Source of the DNA: Candidatus Peribacter riflensis | Lineage (GTDB): Bacteria; Patescibacteriota; Gracilibacteria; Peribacterales; Peribacteraceae | DNA: 32,000 bases | NCBI GenBank assembly: GCA_001430755.1 | Contig: CP013062.1 | Location: 1,110,001 to 1,142,000, forward strand | Reading direction: 5' to 3' | In this document: positions 31,562 through 32,000 of the stretch, in pieces | How positions within the stretch are numbered: the stretch's first letter is position 1 | Layout of the letters: every line of letters starts with the position of its first letter | Program-made: the position numbers and the translations under genes | Notes under the pieces: model-generated | The model's input: the letters and a program-made list of their open reading frames with translations, nothing else | Told to the model about the DNA's origin: nothing | Databases searched by the model: none

Positions 31562-31786
31562 ATGTCCTCTGTTGCCCTGAAGAATTGCATCCGCCGCCTC
31601 CGTTTCGAGAAGAACATGACGCAGGAGGAACTGGCGCTGCGCACGGGGGTGAGCCGTCAGACCATCATGTCGATTGAGCGCGGACAGACGAATCCTTCGG
31701 TGCTGCTCGCCTACAAAATCGCCGCGGCCCTCAGTACCTCCGTGGTCGAAGTGTTCCAGATGGAAGGAGCGCTGGCACCGGTTTAA
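31562..31786 (+). CDS. XRE-family (Cro/C1-type) helix-turn-helix transcriptional regulator
   Basis: 74 aa: LRFEKNMTQEELALRTGVSRQTIMSIERGQTNPSVLLAYKIAAAL is a canonical HTH_XRE motif. Confidence 0.8.
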   Translation: MSSVALKNCIRRLRFEKNMTQEELALRTGVSRQTIMSIERGQTNPSVLLAYKIAAALSTSVVEVFQMEGALAPV

Positions 31787-31850
31787 GCATGGAAGGACAA
31801 CCTACGGTTTTCCTTCCATGAACCATCCTTTCCCTAAGTGGTGTCGCTCC

Positions 31851-31885
31851 AGACGGGCGGAGCCCGTCTTCGCGACGGTTTTTTT
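31851..31885 (+). terminator. Rho-independent terminator candidate with two overlapping alternative stems
   Basis: The first stem is AGACGGGC-gga-GCCCGTCT (31851-31869). It overlaps CCGTC-ttcgc-GACGG (31864-31878), which is followed directly by T7 (31879-31885). Confidence 0.55.
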
Positions 31886-31906
31886 GAATTGTGTTACGAT
31901 CTGTTC

Positions 31907-32000
31907 ATGAAGATCGGAGTTATCGGAAGTATGCATTTCACTGAGCGGATGATAGAAGCAAGAGATGCACTCATAGCCAAAGGCCATGATGCCTTTGTGA
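31907..32000 (+). CDS. Hypothetical protein, 5' fragment (continues beyond the window)
   Basis: The frame is open from the ATG at 31907 to the window end: MKIGVIGSMHFTERMIEARDALIAKGHDAFV. It is not in the track because it is incomplete. TACGAT (31895-31900) lies 6 nt upstream. The N-terminus is reminiscent of small Rossmann-like nucleoside 2-deoxyribosyltransferase-type proteins, but that is a weak impression. Confidence 0.5.
   Translation, partial: MKIGVIGSMHFTERMIEARDALIAKGHDAFV

Overview
Gene-dense, GC-rich (about 55-60% by eye) bacterial chromosomal window. No database search or computed folding was possible; every call comes from reading the sequence and the ORF translations. Most of it is housekeeping and cell-envelope genes: a class V aminotransferase (partial, missing from the ORF track), a sugar phosphotransferase, a DinG-like exonuclease, nusA, lspA, murA, a TPR/GT-C membrane protein, tRNA-Arg(CCT), pyrF, comM/yifB, yraN, a SAM-I riboswitch with metK, an RBBP9/YdeN hydrolase, a YgjP metallopeptidase, an amidase_2-SpoIID fusion, a GT4 glycosyltransferase, a receiver-domain protein, a DUF559 endonuclease, serS, uvrB, galU, hsp20, dedA-uppP and an XRE regulator. 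I see no canonical defence island, CRISPR array, transposase or integrase. The unusual signals are non-coding. (1) At 13 genes a -10-like TAnnnT hexamer, often TACACT, sits 6-9 nt upstream of the start codon, and Shine-Dalgarno motifs are essentially absent, which points to mostly leaderless expression. (2) A family of intergenic elements sits at gene junctions. Its arms are short-period purine-rich tandem repeats (GAATnAn heptads, GGGAAYn units, GGGTTA hexamers) arranged as long imperfect inverted repeats. One pair encloses a low-GC four-helix-bundle (23S-IVS-type) gene. Another copy is a perfect (CCCTAA)6 telomere-like tract between the SAM riboswitch and the metK start. (3) The tRNA-Arg locus carries a duplicated tRNA 3' half, split in its T-loop by a 73-nt hairpin element, with paralogous hairpins nearby. 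(4) Several proteins have eroded catalytic motifs: a DinG-like helicase scaffold, an MBL-fold protein and a P-loop-like protein. Taxonomy cannot be established from this window; the gene content and the small selfish-looking cassettes fit an uncultured, reduced-genome lineage.
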